A DNA stretch of 63,959 nucleotides, the filler included, from Folioceros fuciformis (lineage: Eukaryota), in the NCBI GenBank assembly GCA_049999805.1. It is 7 parts of 7 records of this genome, joined end to end, with 100 filler letters (N's around TTAATTAATTAA, not from the genome) between each part and the next. Parts side by side here need not be neighbours in the genome. Positions count along the whole stretch, not along the records: positions 1 to 21,585 come from JBNGIO010003116.1; 6 more parts are not named here. The stretch is one strand, 5' to 3'. The notes below the pieces were generated by a model. That model ran no database searches. It saw nothing but the letters and a program-made list of their open reading frames with translations, and was not told the DNA's origin. This document shows positions 1 to 11,960 of the stretch, piece after piece (position 1 is the first letter of the stretch; each line of letters starts with the position of its first letter). The translations under genes were made by a program, and so were the position numbers.

Positions 1-399
1 GATCTGAAGGGCGTGTCGGTAGAAGAGGTGGGTTGGGTAGGGACATTGGAGAGGAGACGGATTGGGATCTAGTCGTGTGCCAAGGTGGTGGATCCTCAGT
101 GGCGTGCTGGTTGCTAGTTTCCGTAGTTACTTGCAGCTGCTTGATCTTGTAGCGATGCGGTGCCCGACTAATCCTGAAGCCTGGGGATCGGAGCGGTCGC
201 AGGGCGAATCCTATAGCAACGGCAGCCTCTTGTTGCGCACAGCAGGGGACAAGAAAGAGCGGGGCAAATTGGGGTAGGGGATGGTGCTAGGATGAGAGGG
301 AGGTGGTGACTAGCCAGTCTCCCTCTGCTCTCGCGACATGGCTGCCTCGCGACGTCTCATATCCTCCATGATTGTTGCAGCTACAGGGCGGACAGGATG

Positions 400-1380
400 A
401 TCTCACTCCTCTACATCATTATTACACCATTCCTTACACTCAAACCTCATTGCAAGATGTGAGGGTAGAAAACGTCTGGCTCCTGGATACACTTGTTTGC
501 AAAGTGCTGGTGCCCACCCATCTACAATCAATATCCTCCCAGCACCCGAAGCAAGCTCATGCTCCGTGCACCACTAGCCCTGTCATAGGGTCGAGTAGCA
601 ACAACATCCGTGTCAACTCCGTTTCCTTCGACAAGCAGGCGTTGTCCATAGTCCATAACGTCTTCTCTGCCATTTCACGACATCGGGCAGCTACCGCCTA
701 GCCGCACATGTGGTCCATACCATTTACAAAATCCTCCACCGAGTGCAAATGGGGAAGTACGTTGTCCAAATTGCTGGCTTCCGTGTTATCATCAGATGCG
801 GCATCGAAATCATTGACATCCAAGTTTGAAACATTGTTGGGAGTCTCGTCTGAGAAGCGGTCCACCTCGTTTTCAGCACGTATGAGTGCCTCCATACCGT
901 CGCTTTCCAGCGACCCGCTGTGGTCGCTGGGGTTGGTGTCATTCACACCACTGGACTCACATCTCTGCCAACCTGTGACAATTAAAACCCGTCGTCACAC
1001 CCTGCTGTTGGTTGCATGCAAACAAGTTCTGCGGACGAACCCACTTGACCACCTTGAAGCTGTCGAAGCCTAACATCCTCTATGGTTTGGCGCATGCAGT
1101 GACGGCGAGAGAGTGTGGCAGGAATGGCACGGGGCGGCCGCAAGTTCACGGCATGGACACCACATGTACATCCCTGTTCTCGGTGCTCGTGGCATCGCGA
1201 TAGTGCCACTATTAGGCAAATCCTCTAGTACACTTGTCAATCCCCAGCAAGCACGCTTAGGCCTGGCCCTCTTAGAAGAAATTGTCCCCCTCCACAACCC
1301 GCGATGGGTAAGTCTTAGCAAACCAAGATAGACAGGGAAGTAGCGACCATTTCCAGAAACGCACCCACATCGCCCATGCC
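400..1380 (-). pseudogene. Unidentified decayed reading frame(s), possibly spliced
   Basis: Consecutive minus-strand ORF fragments (982-1209, 698-946) are broken by stops and include an acidic segment. No recognisable domain. Confidence 0.25.
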
Positions 1381-1794
1381 CTGGATCGTCTAAAACCGAG
1401 ACACCCAGTTGAGCCTACGCTATCAAGCCTTTGTCCGCGGAAAAGCGTCTGTGCAACAAGCGAGAGTGATGTTGTCGGAAGGCTACAAGCACGCTACGGG
1501 TACGCACTTCATGCTCAGCTCAGAAATAGCTCCAAGCGCCAGATGTTTGACCGCAACCACTTAAATGCCATTCCGCAAATGTAGCTGTACTGTGATATGG
1601 GCGAGTGCCAGTTTTGTTGAAGAATTCCTTTTACAGGCAATCGTGAACTAGGTGGGAAGGACAGACATACGCGCTAGCAACTGGAACCTAGAGTGATATG
1701 CGCAAACGTGGTGTTTCTAGCAAGTGAGCACATGGCTCTTCTCCCTTCCTCTCAAGTGTGTTGACGCACATGTTCATTATTGTGTTGAGCAAGT

Positions 1795-3319
1795 TTGTTT
1801 CCCAGCCCGAAGGTTAACGATCCAGCGGACATCCCCTCTACCGTTCAGAACCTGCACCCACTACTTGGTCTGAGCATGGTAGACCATCTGCAAGGCCAAG
1901 TTTGCTTGGCGCCGAGGTTCTCCACTCTCAGACCCTACATTTCTTGTGGGTACTCGATGCATGTTCAAAAGCCATGCTGACTTCCCTTGTATACTACAGG
2001 AGGAGTAATGCACCCGGAATGCTCAACTTTAAGCCCGCGGCCTATTGTACAACAGCAGACAATAGTGTTCGTGGGAGCCATGTTGTCCAGCTCCCATCCA
2101 ACCCCCCTTATGCGGTCGTCGACACAGAAGTGCAGGATGTGGACGAAGCAATCGCGGCGCTAGAGCAAGCAGCAGTCCAAGATGTGGGATACTAATGATG
2201 CTCGCGATGACAGTTGGACGAACGCCCAATTGGGACAGCATATGGTCGAAGTGGCGACGGGATGCAATCCACCAGGTGACCTCTTCTTTCGCGCAATAAC
2301 TCAAATGCAGAGATCGTGGTTGACAAGAGGAAGTGAAGATGGCGTGGTGCCACCTACAGAGATCCCACATGATGGGATTCCCTTGCCCTTGGCCACATGG
2401 TCAGCAGATACGGGGCCGTTGTCCAACAACGATGCGGTTCACGCTTGGGTTTATGAGGCAACAAAGGTGATAAGGCCTCGCCAAGTCGAAGATGCTTACG
2501 GCCATTGGATGTTGCAAATTATGGAGGAGGCAGGGATCAAACACGTTGATCGAACATTTGTTTGTGCGAAGGTGAATTTCACAAGCTGTGGTCCCAAAGC
2601 TCTTGTCCTGCCATATGAGCCTCCAGCTGACACACTGCTTTGGGCTGCTTGCTTTTTTCATTGAGGAATGCATGTCCTGGAGCACGCCAAGGAGCTGGCT
2701 GTGCACATCTACAGGGTGGTCCAACAGATTCGATTGCTGCCACAAAATTCTTACATTGTGCACTTCGCAAGAAAGAATGTGGTTTGTTCCCAACGTCATG
2801 GCCAACAAGTTCAATGTCACATTGGCGGACAGGGACCTGATCTTCAAGGGCCAAGGACAACATGACCACCAGCGGGGGATACTAGCAAGCAACACTCGCT
2901 TTTGCTTGCAAGAGGCTGCTAAGTTTGAGCGATGGGGGGACTAGCGGAACAAAATATGGGTACGGCAGTTTGGCCCACTCAATGACGAGCAGAGGTTGAT
3001 GCTATGGACAGGGCCCCAAGCAGGAATGGTGGCAATATGTGTGGGCACCACCACAAAGATTGGGGAGTGCTGGATTGTGAGGCAAGCCGTTGACCTCGAT
3101 AACACATTTGCGCATCAGTTGCACATGCAATTCATTTTCAACAAGTGGGAACGATATGTGATGTACGCTGATTTCATACTGAACGAGGAGGGTAAGTTCC
3201 AGCTGATGGAGGCTTCACACCACATCGTGGAGGCATGTGGCACCATGAGAGGCAAAGACAATCATGGCCTCCTCGCTGGGATTTCCCATTGCTTCCTATT
3301 CCATTTGAGAAGCCCATAA
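1795..3319 (+). pseudogene. Unidentified decayed reading frame
   Basis: Protein-like ORF pieces (1902-2195, 2182-2664, 2588-2944, 2996-3319) are chained by frameshifts and stops. No family recognised. Confidence 0.3.
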
Positions 3320-3337
3320 CATCCAATCACTATGCAA

Positions 3338-3836
3338 GTTCGACGAGGTGACTTCATGAACCCATCCACTACATAGCTGCAACACCCAACTTCCAATTGA
3401 GAGTGACCGAATGTGTGGACATGGCACCACGAACTAACCCAACCGATTGCTCCCAGTAGCCGGCGAGCAAAGTCCTCAGCCTATGATGCACCCCTCCAAA
3501 GTCTCATGTTTCCATTTCTTGGAACACAACCAGATAACACAAAGCATGGATGGCTAGCAACTCACAGTCTCCTCTTGACCAGGGTTCGACGAGGTGACTT
3601 CATGAACCCATCCACTACATAGCAGCAACACCCAACTTCCAATTGAGAGTGACCGAATGTGTGGACATGGCACCACGAACTAACCCAGCAGATTGCCATA
3701 TGCTCCCAATAGCCGGCGAGCAAAGTCCTCAGCCTATGATGCACCCCTCCTAAGTCTCATGTTTCCATTTTCCAGGAACACAACCAGATAACACAAAGCA
3801 TGGATGGCTAGCAACTCACAGTCTCCTCTTGACCAG
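3338..3836. repeat. Direct tandem duplication, ~246-bp unit x2
   Basis: gttcgacgaggtgacttcatgaacccatcc...cttgaccag occurs at 3338-3582 and 3584-3836, nearly identical apart from a small indel. Confidence 0.92.
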
Positions 3837-3960
3837 CCCCCCCACCCCAAGATAGCCACTACTGCAAGCTCTCCTTGCGGGAGATGTTTAGCATCTGTGT
3901 TTAGCATCTGGAAAGGGATACATGCTTGTGTGTGGGACGGGGAAGGACGATTGTTGTCCT

Positions 3961-4163
3961 AGTTGGAATATAAGGTAAACTACGTGGTTTTGTATTATGT
4001 TAGCCTAACTAGATCTAGTTATAAGCATAGTTAGTTAACTGGCAAGTTAGTCAAAGGGCATACCGTTCGTAAACTGCTACTTAACGCCTACCTTTGTATC
4101 CACCTATTCAGTTGCTGATAGATCATTTTCGATGCATTTGCTTCCGCGTTAGCAATTCTAACT
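3961..4163 (+). repeat. 5' LTR of copia A (AGTT...AACT termini)
   Basis: Direct repeat of 16410-16617 (about 10% divergent by eye), followed immediately by the PBS. Confidence 0.93.
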
Positions 4164-4175
4164 TGGTATTAGAGC
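4164..4175 (+). promoter_or_regulatory. Primer-binding site (tRNA-iMet type) of copia A
   Basis: TGGTATTAGAGC, one mismatch from canonical TGGTATCAGAGC, abutting the LTR. Confidence 0.88.
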
Positions 4176-6149
4176 TACGGCTTAGATGGCCTATGTTTAT
4201 TATGCCTAGAAGATTGTTTGTCCTAGAATGTCTAGGTAAGATAGTGTCTTGGCTGTGAATATGCCATCAAAAAGAAAATTTAGAAGAAAACAAAAGAACT
4301 GAGCACATGGGGTAGGTCACCCATTTGGGTATTGATCCAAGCCCAGGGCGCTTAATATTGGAGTTTTGGTAGAAGACGAGTTATCAAACCCCTATCAACT
4401 TTCTACAATTCAAATGTGCTTTCGTGCAAATATCAACAGACAACAGCCTGTATGAATCTTCAAATGAAGAGAGAGGCATTCTGCCTCTCCCTTTCCCTTG
4501 CACTTCGTCGCGTGCGACCTCCCAACCTGATCATGGCTGGAAGATGGCGCCAGAATGTACGATTTCCCCATCTTCCTGACGCATGATTGCCTAGGCCAAC
4601 TGGCCTTGGATCAACGCCAATTCCTGCCCATCGCATTGCACCAAGATGGGTGCAATCTGTGGCAAGAGAGCTCCTCCGAATGCTTTTCTCTGGCAATCTT
4701 GTTGGGGAGGATTCCGGCCGTTTTGCTTCAAATCATGACCTGATTTTTGGAGAGGACCTCCACCTTACCAGAAGGACCCGAGCACTTGGCCGAAATCGCA
4801 CCCGTGCCTGCACCTACACACAAAGATCAAGCCCAAAAGTCGATTGTCTTCAACACGGTTTTTCAGAAGATGATCATGTCCCCGGGGCGTCTCTGAGCCT
4901 TCTGCCCCTTCCTGAGAAGCAGACAATCAACAATGCTCTCCTCTCTAACCCTGTAGGATGAGGATCTTTGAGGATTTGTTCGGATTAAGGTGAATTTGCT
5001 TCTGCCCAAGTGCACGAGCAAATTGGCAAGACATGAGCTCAATCTTGTTTGATTACTGTGTAGGAGGAAGGCATTTTTCGGGACGCACCGTCGCCAGACG
5101 ACCGTCCCGAGTGGGCAAGGCTACAGGCCCTCAGCGAGAAGCGTGTTGCCGCCATCGCGGTCGCGGTGAAGCACTACTCCTAGGGCACTCGCCTTGCATG
5201 CTGGGAGGCGCACGCACCTGCGACCCGGTATGCGACCCCCGAATCGGTGCGAGACCCCCGAAACAACATTTTTACTCGTCGTTTCGTGGAGGTGGGTTCG
5301 TTTTATCCACAAACAAGTGTGAATGCTGCCAATTTTGGCACCGGTCCTGAACCGGTTCCATTTTGAGCCTCTTCACACTTGTTGGCACCCCTTCATGGCA
5401 ATTTTCCGGCACAGCAAGAACTTACCTCTATTTTTCCTACGGCTTAGACTCGAGAAGGGCTCAACCTTGCACCCATGAAGATCGAGGCCGATCCTTTGCC
5501 TCCTCTTCATCACGGTTTGGCAATGTGGGTGCATCCTCACCGAAAATCCATTGAAGAAATTTATGCTTCGTCTAGAGACTCTCTTGGTTCATTTGATCCA
5601 CCAACACGGCCTACCAGACTTCTTGCTCTCTGGCAATTAGTGGCCAACGCCAATGAAGATCTTCTCCACCTGGCAACCCAAATTCAAGAATTTCAAGGGA
5701 GTGTCAGTTCTAAGAGCACTGAAGTCACCCAGCCTTCTCCTCCTCTCCTTTAGATCACTTGAAGTAAGGGAGGAAATAACTGTGGTGGGTGGATCCTAAA
5801 AGACGAAGGGTAATACTTTTATTAAATAATTTCTAGTGATTCTTCTTTCACTCGTACTCTCAGTGTCGAGGTTCCTTGGGTCTCTAAGGCGAGGATCAAG
5901 ACCCCATCACCACCCACACCACCTCCAGGTGGGCAAACCGGTAACCCACCACCTTTTGGTGGACCAGCAAGCAACCCACTGCCTCCACCCCAAGTTGGTA
6001 TTTCACCACTTCAACCTTACTTCAACATCGTTAATATCAATACTGACTTCAAGGAAAAAGGATAGATTTAACGATACAAAGTTTGAGGTGTGGTCGAAGC
6101 GCATGAAGGCTGCGCTCAACATTCGGGATCTTCTCCCCATTGTGGAAGG

Positions 6150-6436
6150 TGAAGGATCGCTAGAGGAGCCACATGGTGAAGGAGGAGAGGAGGAAGCAAG
6201 GAGGAGAGGAGAAAGAGAGGTCACACTCTTAGTGTCTCAATTGCAAGGGAGCTCAAGGGGGTATTTATACCCTTTAGAAGAACTCCCACGAAAGCTTCAC
6301 AAGAAGCGCATAGGAAGCTGCGCAAGAAGCTTCCTACAGATTAGCTTAAGCTAATCTAAACAAATTATACTTAACTAGACACTAATATTAGACTAAACAC
6401 ATTAGTCTAAGCACATTGGGCTTTAATAACCCTACA
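6150..6436 (-). repeat. 3' LTR of copia B
   Basis: Matches 11689-11960 (about 5% divergent plus indels) and the LTRs at 32008-32261 and 44659-44891. Confidence 0.93.
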
Positions 6437-6529
6437 ACCTCCCACTTAAAGGCCAATTTACCTTCATAGGAGAGTGGTGTACCTCATGCCCATGAGTGTC
6501 CGAGCTTGTGCAAATTGCTGCGAAGAGAG

Positions 6530-9500
6530 CCCCTTCGTAAGAATATCTGCAGGGTTCTAACTGGTGTGAACTTTGACAAGCTGTACCCTCTTATCTTCCA
6601 ACACCTCTCAAATGAAGTGATACTTCACTTCCACATGTTTGGTCTTCGCATGAGACACTGGATTCTTTGCCAATTGGATAGCACTCTGGCTATCACAATG
6701 CAACACTGGCAGCTCAACCTTGATCCCCAAATCTCCCACTAAACGAGCAAGCCACATGGCTTCCTTGCAAGCCTCAGTCGCTACAACATACTCGGCCTTT
6801 GTGGTAAATAGCGTTATTCACGATTGCAAACGAGATCGCCATGAGACTGCCCCTCCAGTGCACATGAAGACATAACCTGATGTGGACCTCCTTTTGTCCA
6901 TATCCCCTGCATAATCAGCATCCGTATATCCCACGACAGATGCATCTTCACTACCAAGACATAAGCACAAAGCTTTTGTACCATTTAAGTACCTTGTATC
7001 TCCTTTCACTGCCTCCCAATGCTTCCTGCCAGGGTTTGACATAAACCTGCTAACCACTCCCACTGCAAAAGCAATGTCAGGACATGTAGCAATCATTGCA
7101 TACATCAAATTCCCTACATCTGATGAGTATGGAACCTTCTCCATTTCAGCTTTGTCCTCTGCAAAGCTTGGGCAATCCTTGCTCAAAAGTTTCACATATG
7201 GAGGCAACGGAGTACTCATTACCTTCCCCTTCTTCATGTTGAAACGTTGAAGCACCCTGTTAATGTATTCAGTTTGAGACAAGTAAAGCAAATGCTTATG
7301 TCTGTCTTGACAAATACACATGCCAAGAATATGGCTCTCCCAAGTCTATCCTATCAAAGCGAGCATTCAAGTCTATCATGTCAAAGAGAGCACTCTGGCT
7401 ATCACAATGCAACACTGGCAGCTCAACCTTGATCCCCAAATCTCCCACTAAACGAGCAAGCCACATGGCTTCCTTGCAGGCCTCAGTTGCTACAACATAC
7501 TCGGCCTTTGTGGTAAATAGCATTATGCACGATTGCAAACGAGATCGCCATGAGACTGCCCCTCCATTGCACATGAAGACATAACCTGATGTGGACCTCC
7601 TTTTGTCCATATCCCCTGCATAATCAGCATCCGTATATCCCACTCCAAATGCATCTTCAATACCAAAACATAAGCACAAAGCTTTTGTATTATTGAAGTA
7701 TCTCATAACTCCTTTCACTGCCTCCCAATGCTTCTTGTTAGGGTTTGACATAAACCTGCTAACCACTCCCACTGCAAAAGCAATGTAAGGACGTGTAGTA
7801 ATTATTGCATACATCAAACTCCCTACAGTTGATGAGTATGAAACCTCTTCATGTCAACTTTGTCCTCCATAGAGCTTGGGCAATCCTTGCTCGAAAGTTT
7901 CACAAATGGAGCCAACGGAGTACTCAATACCTTCCCCTTCTCCACGTTGAAACGTTGAAGCACCCTATTAATGTATTTAGTTTGAGACAAGTAAAGCAAA
8001 TGCTTATGTCTGTCTCGACGAATACGCATGCCAAGTCTCTCCCAAGTCATATGACTTGGGAGAGAATATAGCTTGCCTCTCCCAAGTCTATCATGTCAAA
8101 GCGAGCATTCAACTTTGACTTCAACGCTGAAATCTCATCACTGCTAGTCCCAGCAATTAGCATATTATCCACATAGAGGGCTAGAATGAGCAAGCTTCCA
8201 TCCTTAGCTTGCTTTGTATAGAGGCAATGATCCTCTTTGCTACGTTTGTAGCCTTGAGAAAGCATAAATGAATGGAACTTGTAATACCACTCCCTGGGTG
8301 CTTGTTTCAAACCATAAAGGCTCTTCTTTAACCTGCACACCATATTCTCTTTGCCCTTCTCAATGAAACTCTGGTTGCTACATCTATACCTGTTCCTGGA
8401 GATCACCATGCAGAAATGCCGACTTCACATCCATCTGGACAAGTTCCATGTCATTCCTCGCAACTAGAGCAAGAACACATCGCAAGGTGGTCATTATGAC
8501 AACTGGTGAGAAAATCTCATCAAAGTCAATACCTTGCTGTTGCTTAAAACCCTTAGCAACCAATCGTGCCCTGTACTTGGGTTTGCCATAATGGGGTATG
8601 TCCTTCATCTTATACATCCATTTGCATGGCAATGCCTTCTTACCCCTAGGCAACCAAACCAACTCCCAAGTTTGGTTCTTATAGAGCGAATCCATCTGCG
8701 ACTGCATCGCCTTCTCCCACTTGTCCTTGTCAGTCATTGACATGGCCTCTTGGTAACAAGAGGGCACCCCACAATCCGTCAGCATGACATAATCAAGAGA
8801 TGCAACATACCTATCAGGAGGACGTGAGATCCTTCCTGACCTCCGAAGCATAGGCGCCTCGACCGGAGCTTGTTGCACTCGCTCCTCTTCTACAAGTGGA
8901 GGAACGGGTTCCTGCACATCACGACGTTCAACCTGCCTTGGACGATCAAGTCCATCTTCTTGGAAGACCACCCGTCGCACCTCCACTGTTGGAGTAGGCT
9001 TCTTGTGCATCTTGGTCTTATTGAAGAACACGTCGTTGCTGCGAACAACCCTCTTCGCCTCTGGATCCCATAGACGGTATCCTATCTCACCAGACTCACC
9101 ATAGCCAAGAAAAATACATTTCTTTGACTTGGGTGCCAACTTGTCCCGAAACTCCTTTGGGACATGGTAGTATGCCTCGCAGTCAAACACTCATAGATGC
9201 TTGTAAGACGGCTTCTTTCCAGACCACAACTCCTCTGGAACCTCTCATCCACAGCCTTATTAGGAGATCTGTTAATAAGATGCACCGCAATAGCCACTGC
9301 TTCTGCCCAAAATCCGTTAGTCAATCCATAGTTTGACAACAAAGTACTCACCTCTCCTGGATGGTCCTGTTCATCCGTTCAACCACACCATTTTGGGGAG
9401 GAGTATACGGGGCAGTCAATTCTCTCTTGGTTCCCTTGGAATCACAGAATGACTGAAAAGCCTTCGAAACGTACTCCCCCATTGTCTATCCTTAGACACT

Positions 9501-11158
9501 TCAGTCGGAGGCCAGACTGATTCTCCACAAGGGTGATGAACTTTTGAAACACTGTCATGACATCATCCTTTTTCCTCAAAGGATAAACCCACACCTTGCG
9601 TGAGAAATCATCTCTGAAAGTGACAAAATAGGATGCACCGCCTAATAATACAGCGGGCGCCTAATTATCCACAAACGTCACTGTGAACCAATTCAAGAGG
9701 TTTACTTTGTGTTTACCTCTTGCTCCATGTGGTGACTTCGTATGTTTCCCATACAAACAATGCTCACACACGGAGAAATCGGAGAAGTCAAAAGCAGGGA
9801 CGTAACCAAAACAAGATAAGATTTTCATTCCCTTTTGAGACATATGTCCTAACCGACAATGCCACAAGGAAACACTTGGCTATTCCGTTACACAAATCAC
9901 ATGATCCTTGATAGTGGTTACCTGAAGTGAGTACAAAGTGCCACACTTCGATCCACAAGCTAACACAAGAGAACCTTTAGAGATCTTCCAAGAATGATCC
10001 CCAAACCAACAATGGTAGTCAGTGTCATCCAACTGCCCTACGCTAATCATGCTTTTTGTCAACTTCGGAACATGCCTAACATCCTTTAGTACGAATGAAG
10101 ACCCATTGTCAAACTTCAGTTGCACATCACCAACGCCTGCAATCTCGCATGTGTAGTTATTCCCAAGCCGAACACATCCTTTCCTAGTAGCATCATAGGT
10201 GCTACACCACTCCCTATGCGAAGTAACATGGAAAGATGCTCCAGAGTCAATTTTCCAATTAGAGAATAAGTGACTATCCACGGCTGTCATTTGTGCAGAA
10301 TCGAAGGAAGAAGAGATAAGAACATCTCCATCGTCAACAAAATTCACCTCATCATGCTTGATACTCGGACTTGTCTTGTTGTCGTTCTGCTTCTTCTTCT
10401 TTCCTTTGTCCTTCTTGAACTTCTCGCAGTCCCTTCTGATGTGACCCTTCTTGTAATAATGGTAACACTCAACATTGTTACGACTACGAGATTTGCTACG
10501 GGAAAGACTTCGCTCCTTGTACTTCCCCTTTGAAGTGGACCTTCCTCTCACCATGAGGGCATTGGAACCTTTCGAAGGTTCTATATTCTTCCTGTTCACC
10601 TCCTCTGTTAACAGGCTACCTTCTACATTTACAATGGTGAGACCACTGGTAGGAGCGGAATTACTCAGAGCTGTACGAAAGGTGTCCCAACTCTTTGGTA
10701 ATGTGACCAACAGAAATATAGCTCTCACGGAATCTGGGAACGAGATACCTTGAGATGAGAGCTGGCTAAAAATGGTATTGAACTCATTCAGATGATCAAA
10801 CATCCTCGTCCCTTCCTTCATCTTCAAGTCCACCAGCTATTTCAACCAATATACCTGAGAAGCCGCACTTTGCTTCTCATACAGGTCACACAACTTCTGC
10901 TATAGCTCGTAACTTGTGGTCTTGTCTTTCACATTGAAGTAGACCGACTTCGACAATGTTAGCATGATGGTAGACCTAGCAAGCTCATCTAGATCCTGCC
11001 ACTCATACTGGGTCATGCTAACAGGTTTCACTCCTAGCAACTTTACGGGCTTGATCTGCTTCTTCTACACTAGAACATTATACACTTGTTCTTTCCAGAA
11101 CATGAAGTTAGTACCATTTAACTTCTCGATATTGAACATAACGTTTTGAGGACATCAT
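6530..11158 (-). pseudogene. Copia B gag-pol (Tnt1-like), with an internal RT/RH duplication
   Basis: Gag (LVTLPKSWDTF), IDSGASFH protease, WHCRLGH integrase, YRARLVAKGFKQ/LYVDN RT and DADYAGDMDKRRSTSGY RNase H, the last present twice. Many stops. Confidence 0.93.
6679..8105. repeat. Internal ~710-bp tandem duplication of the RT-end/RNase H segment
   Basis: gcactctggctatcacaatgcaacactggcagc... starts at ~6680 and ~7390. ORFs 6818-7321 and 7296-7817 encode near-identical peptides. Confidence 0.9.
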
Positions 11159-11688
11159 GATTCAAAATTGATGCAAATCAAGCAAAAGGCTAGTTAGAAA
11201 CTGTTGGAACGTAATGTAGATTTTGATAGTTACCCTCACGCCTTGTTCCAAATTAGATGTCCATAATTTAGGCCAACACGATGGACCTAAATCCTCCGAT
11301 TGAGATCTCCGATCCACCTCACGGCCGGAATCCGTCTAGCCCGCGCTCCGGCGCCTGCTCTCCGGTGCCTTGGCGGCGTCTCGGCGCCCGCAGCGCCTGG
11401 TCTGCTGGTGCCCCTGGCCCCCCCCACTGCTGGGGCCTGCCACCCCCTGCGGCCGGGGCCTATCCATCCTCTGCGTCCGGGGCCTAGCACAGGCACCTCG
11501 CGGCGCTATGGGCACTCGCACTCTTCGCTCTCCAAACTCCCGGCGCCCCACATTCCTCGGGATGCTGCACTAGTTCACTCCGATGCCCTAGTTCACTCCG
11601 ATGCCTTCCTTACGGCCGCCTTGCGCACCTTGTCCGCAACATCGACGGACATCACCATCTTGCTCCACACCCACGCTCTGATACCAAT

Positions 11689-11960
11689 TGAAGATTGCGA
11701 GAGGAGCCACATGGTGAAGGAGGAGAGGAGAAAGAGAGGTCACACTCTTAGTGTCTCAATTGCAAGGGAGCTCAAGGTTTTAGGGTATTTATACCGTCTA
11801 GAAGAGCTCCCAAGGAAGCTTTACAAGAAGCGCACAGGAAGCTGCGCAAGAAGCTTCCTACAAATTAGCTTAAGCTAATCTAAACAAATGATACTTAACT
11901 AGACACTAATCTTAGACTAAACACATTAGTCTAATCACATTGGGCTTTAATAACCCTACA
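11689..11960 (-). repeat. 5' LTR of copia B
   Basis: Adjacent to the PBS at 11675-11686 and a direct repeat of 6150-6436. Confidence 0.93.

Larger units (their letters stand above)
6150..11960 (-). mobile_element. Ty1/copia LTR retrotransposon B (full-length, nested in the gag of copia A)
   Basis: TG...CA LTRs at 11689-11960 (5') and 6150-6436 (3'). TSD GAAGG at 6145-6149 and 11961-11965. PBS (gctctgatacca on + strand) at 11675-11686, PPT at ~6437-6446. Confidence 0.96.

Noticed and set aside
11281-11660. GC-rich overlapping ORFs as genes (also 61012-61200)
   Set aside because: They lie in copia leaders, and the stop-poor frames are explained by high GC content.
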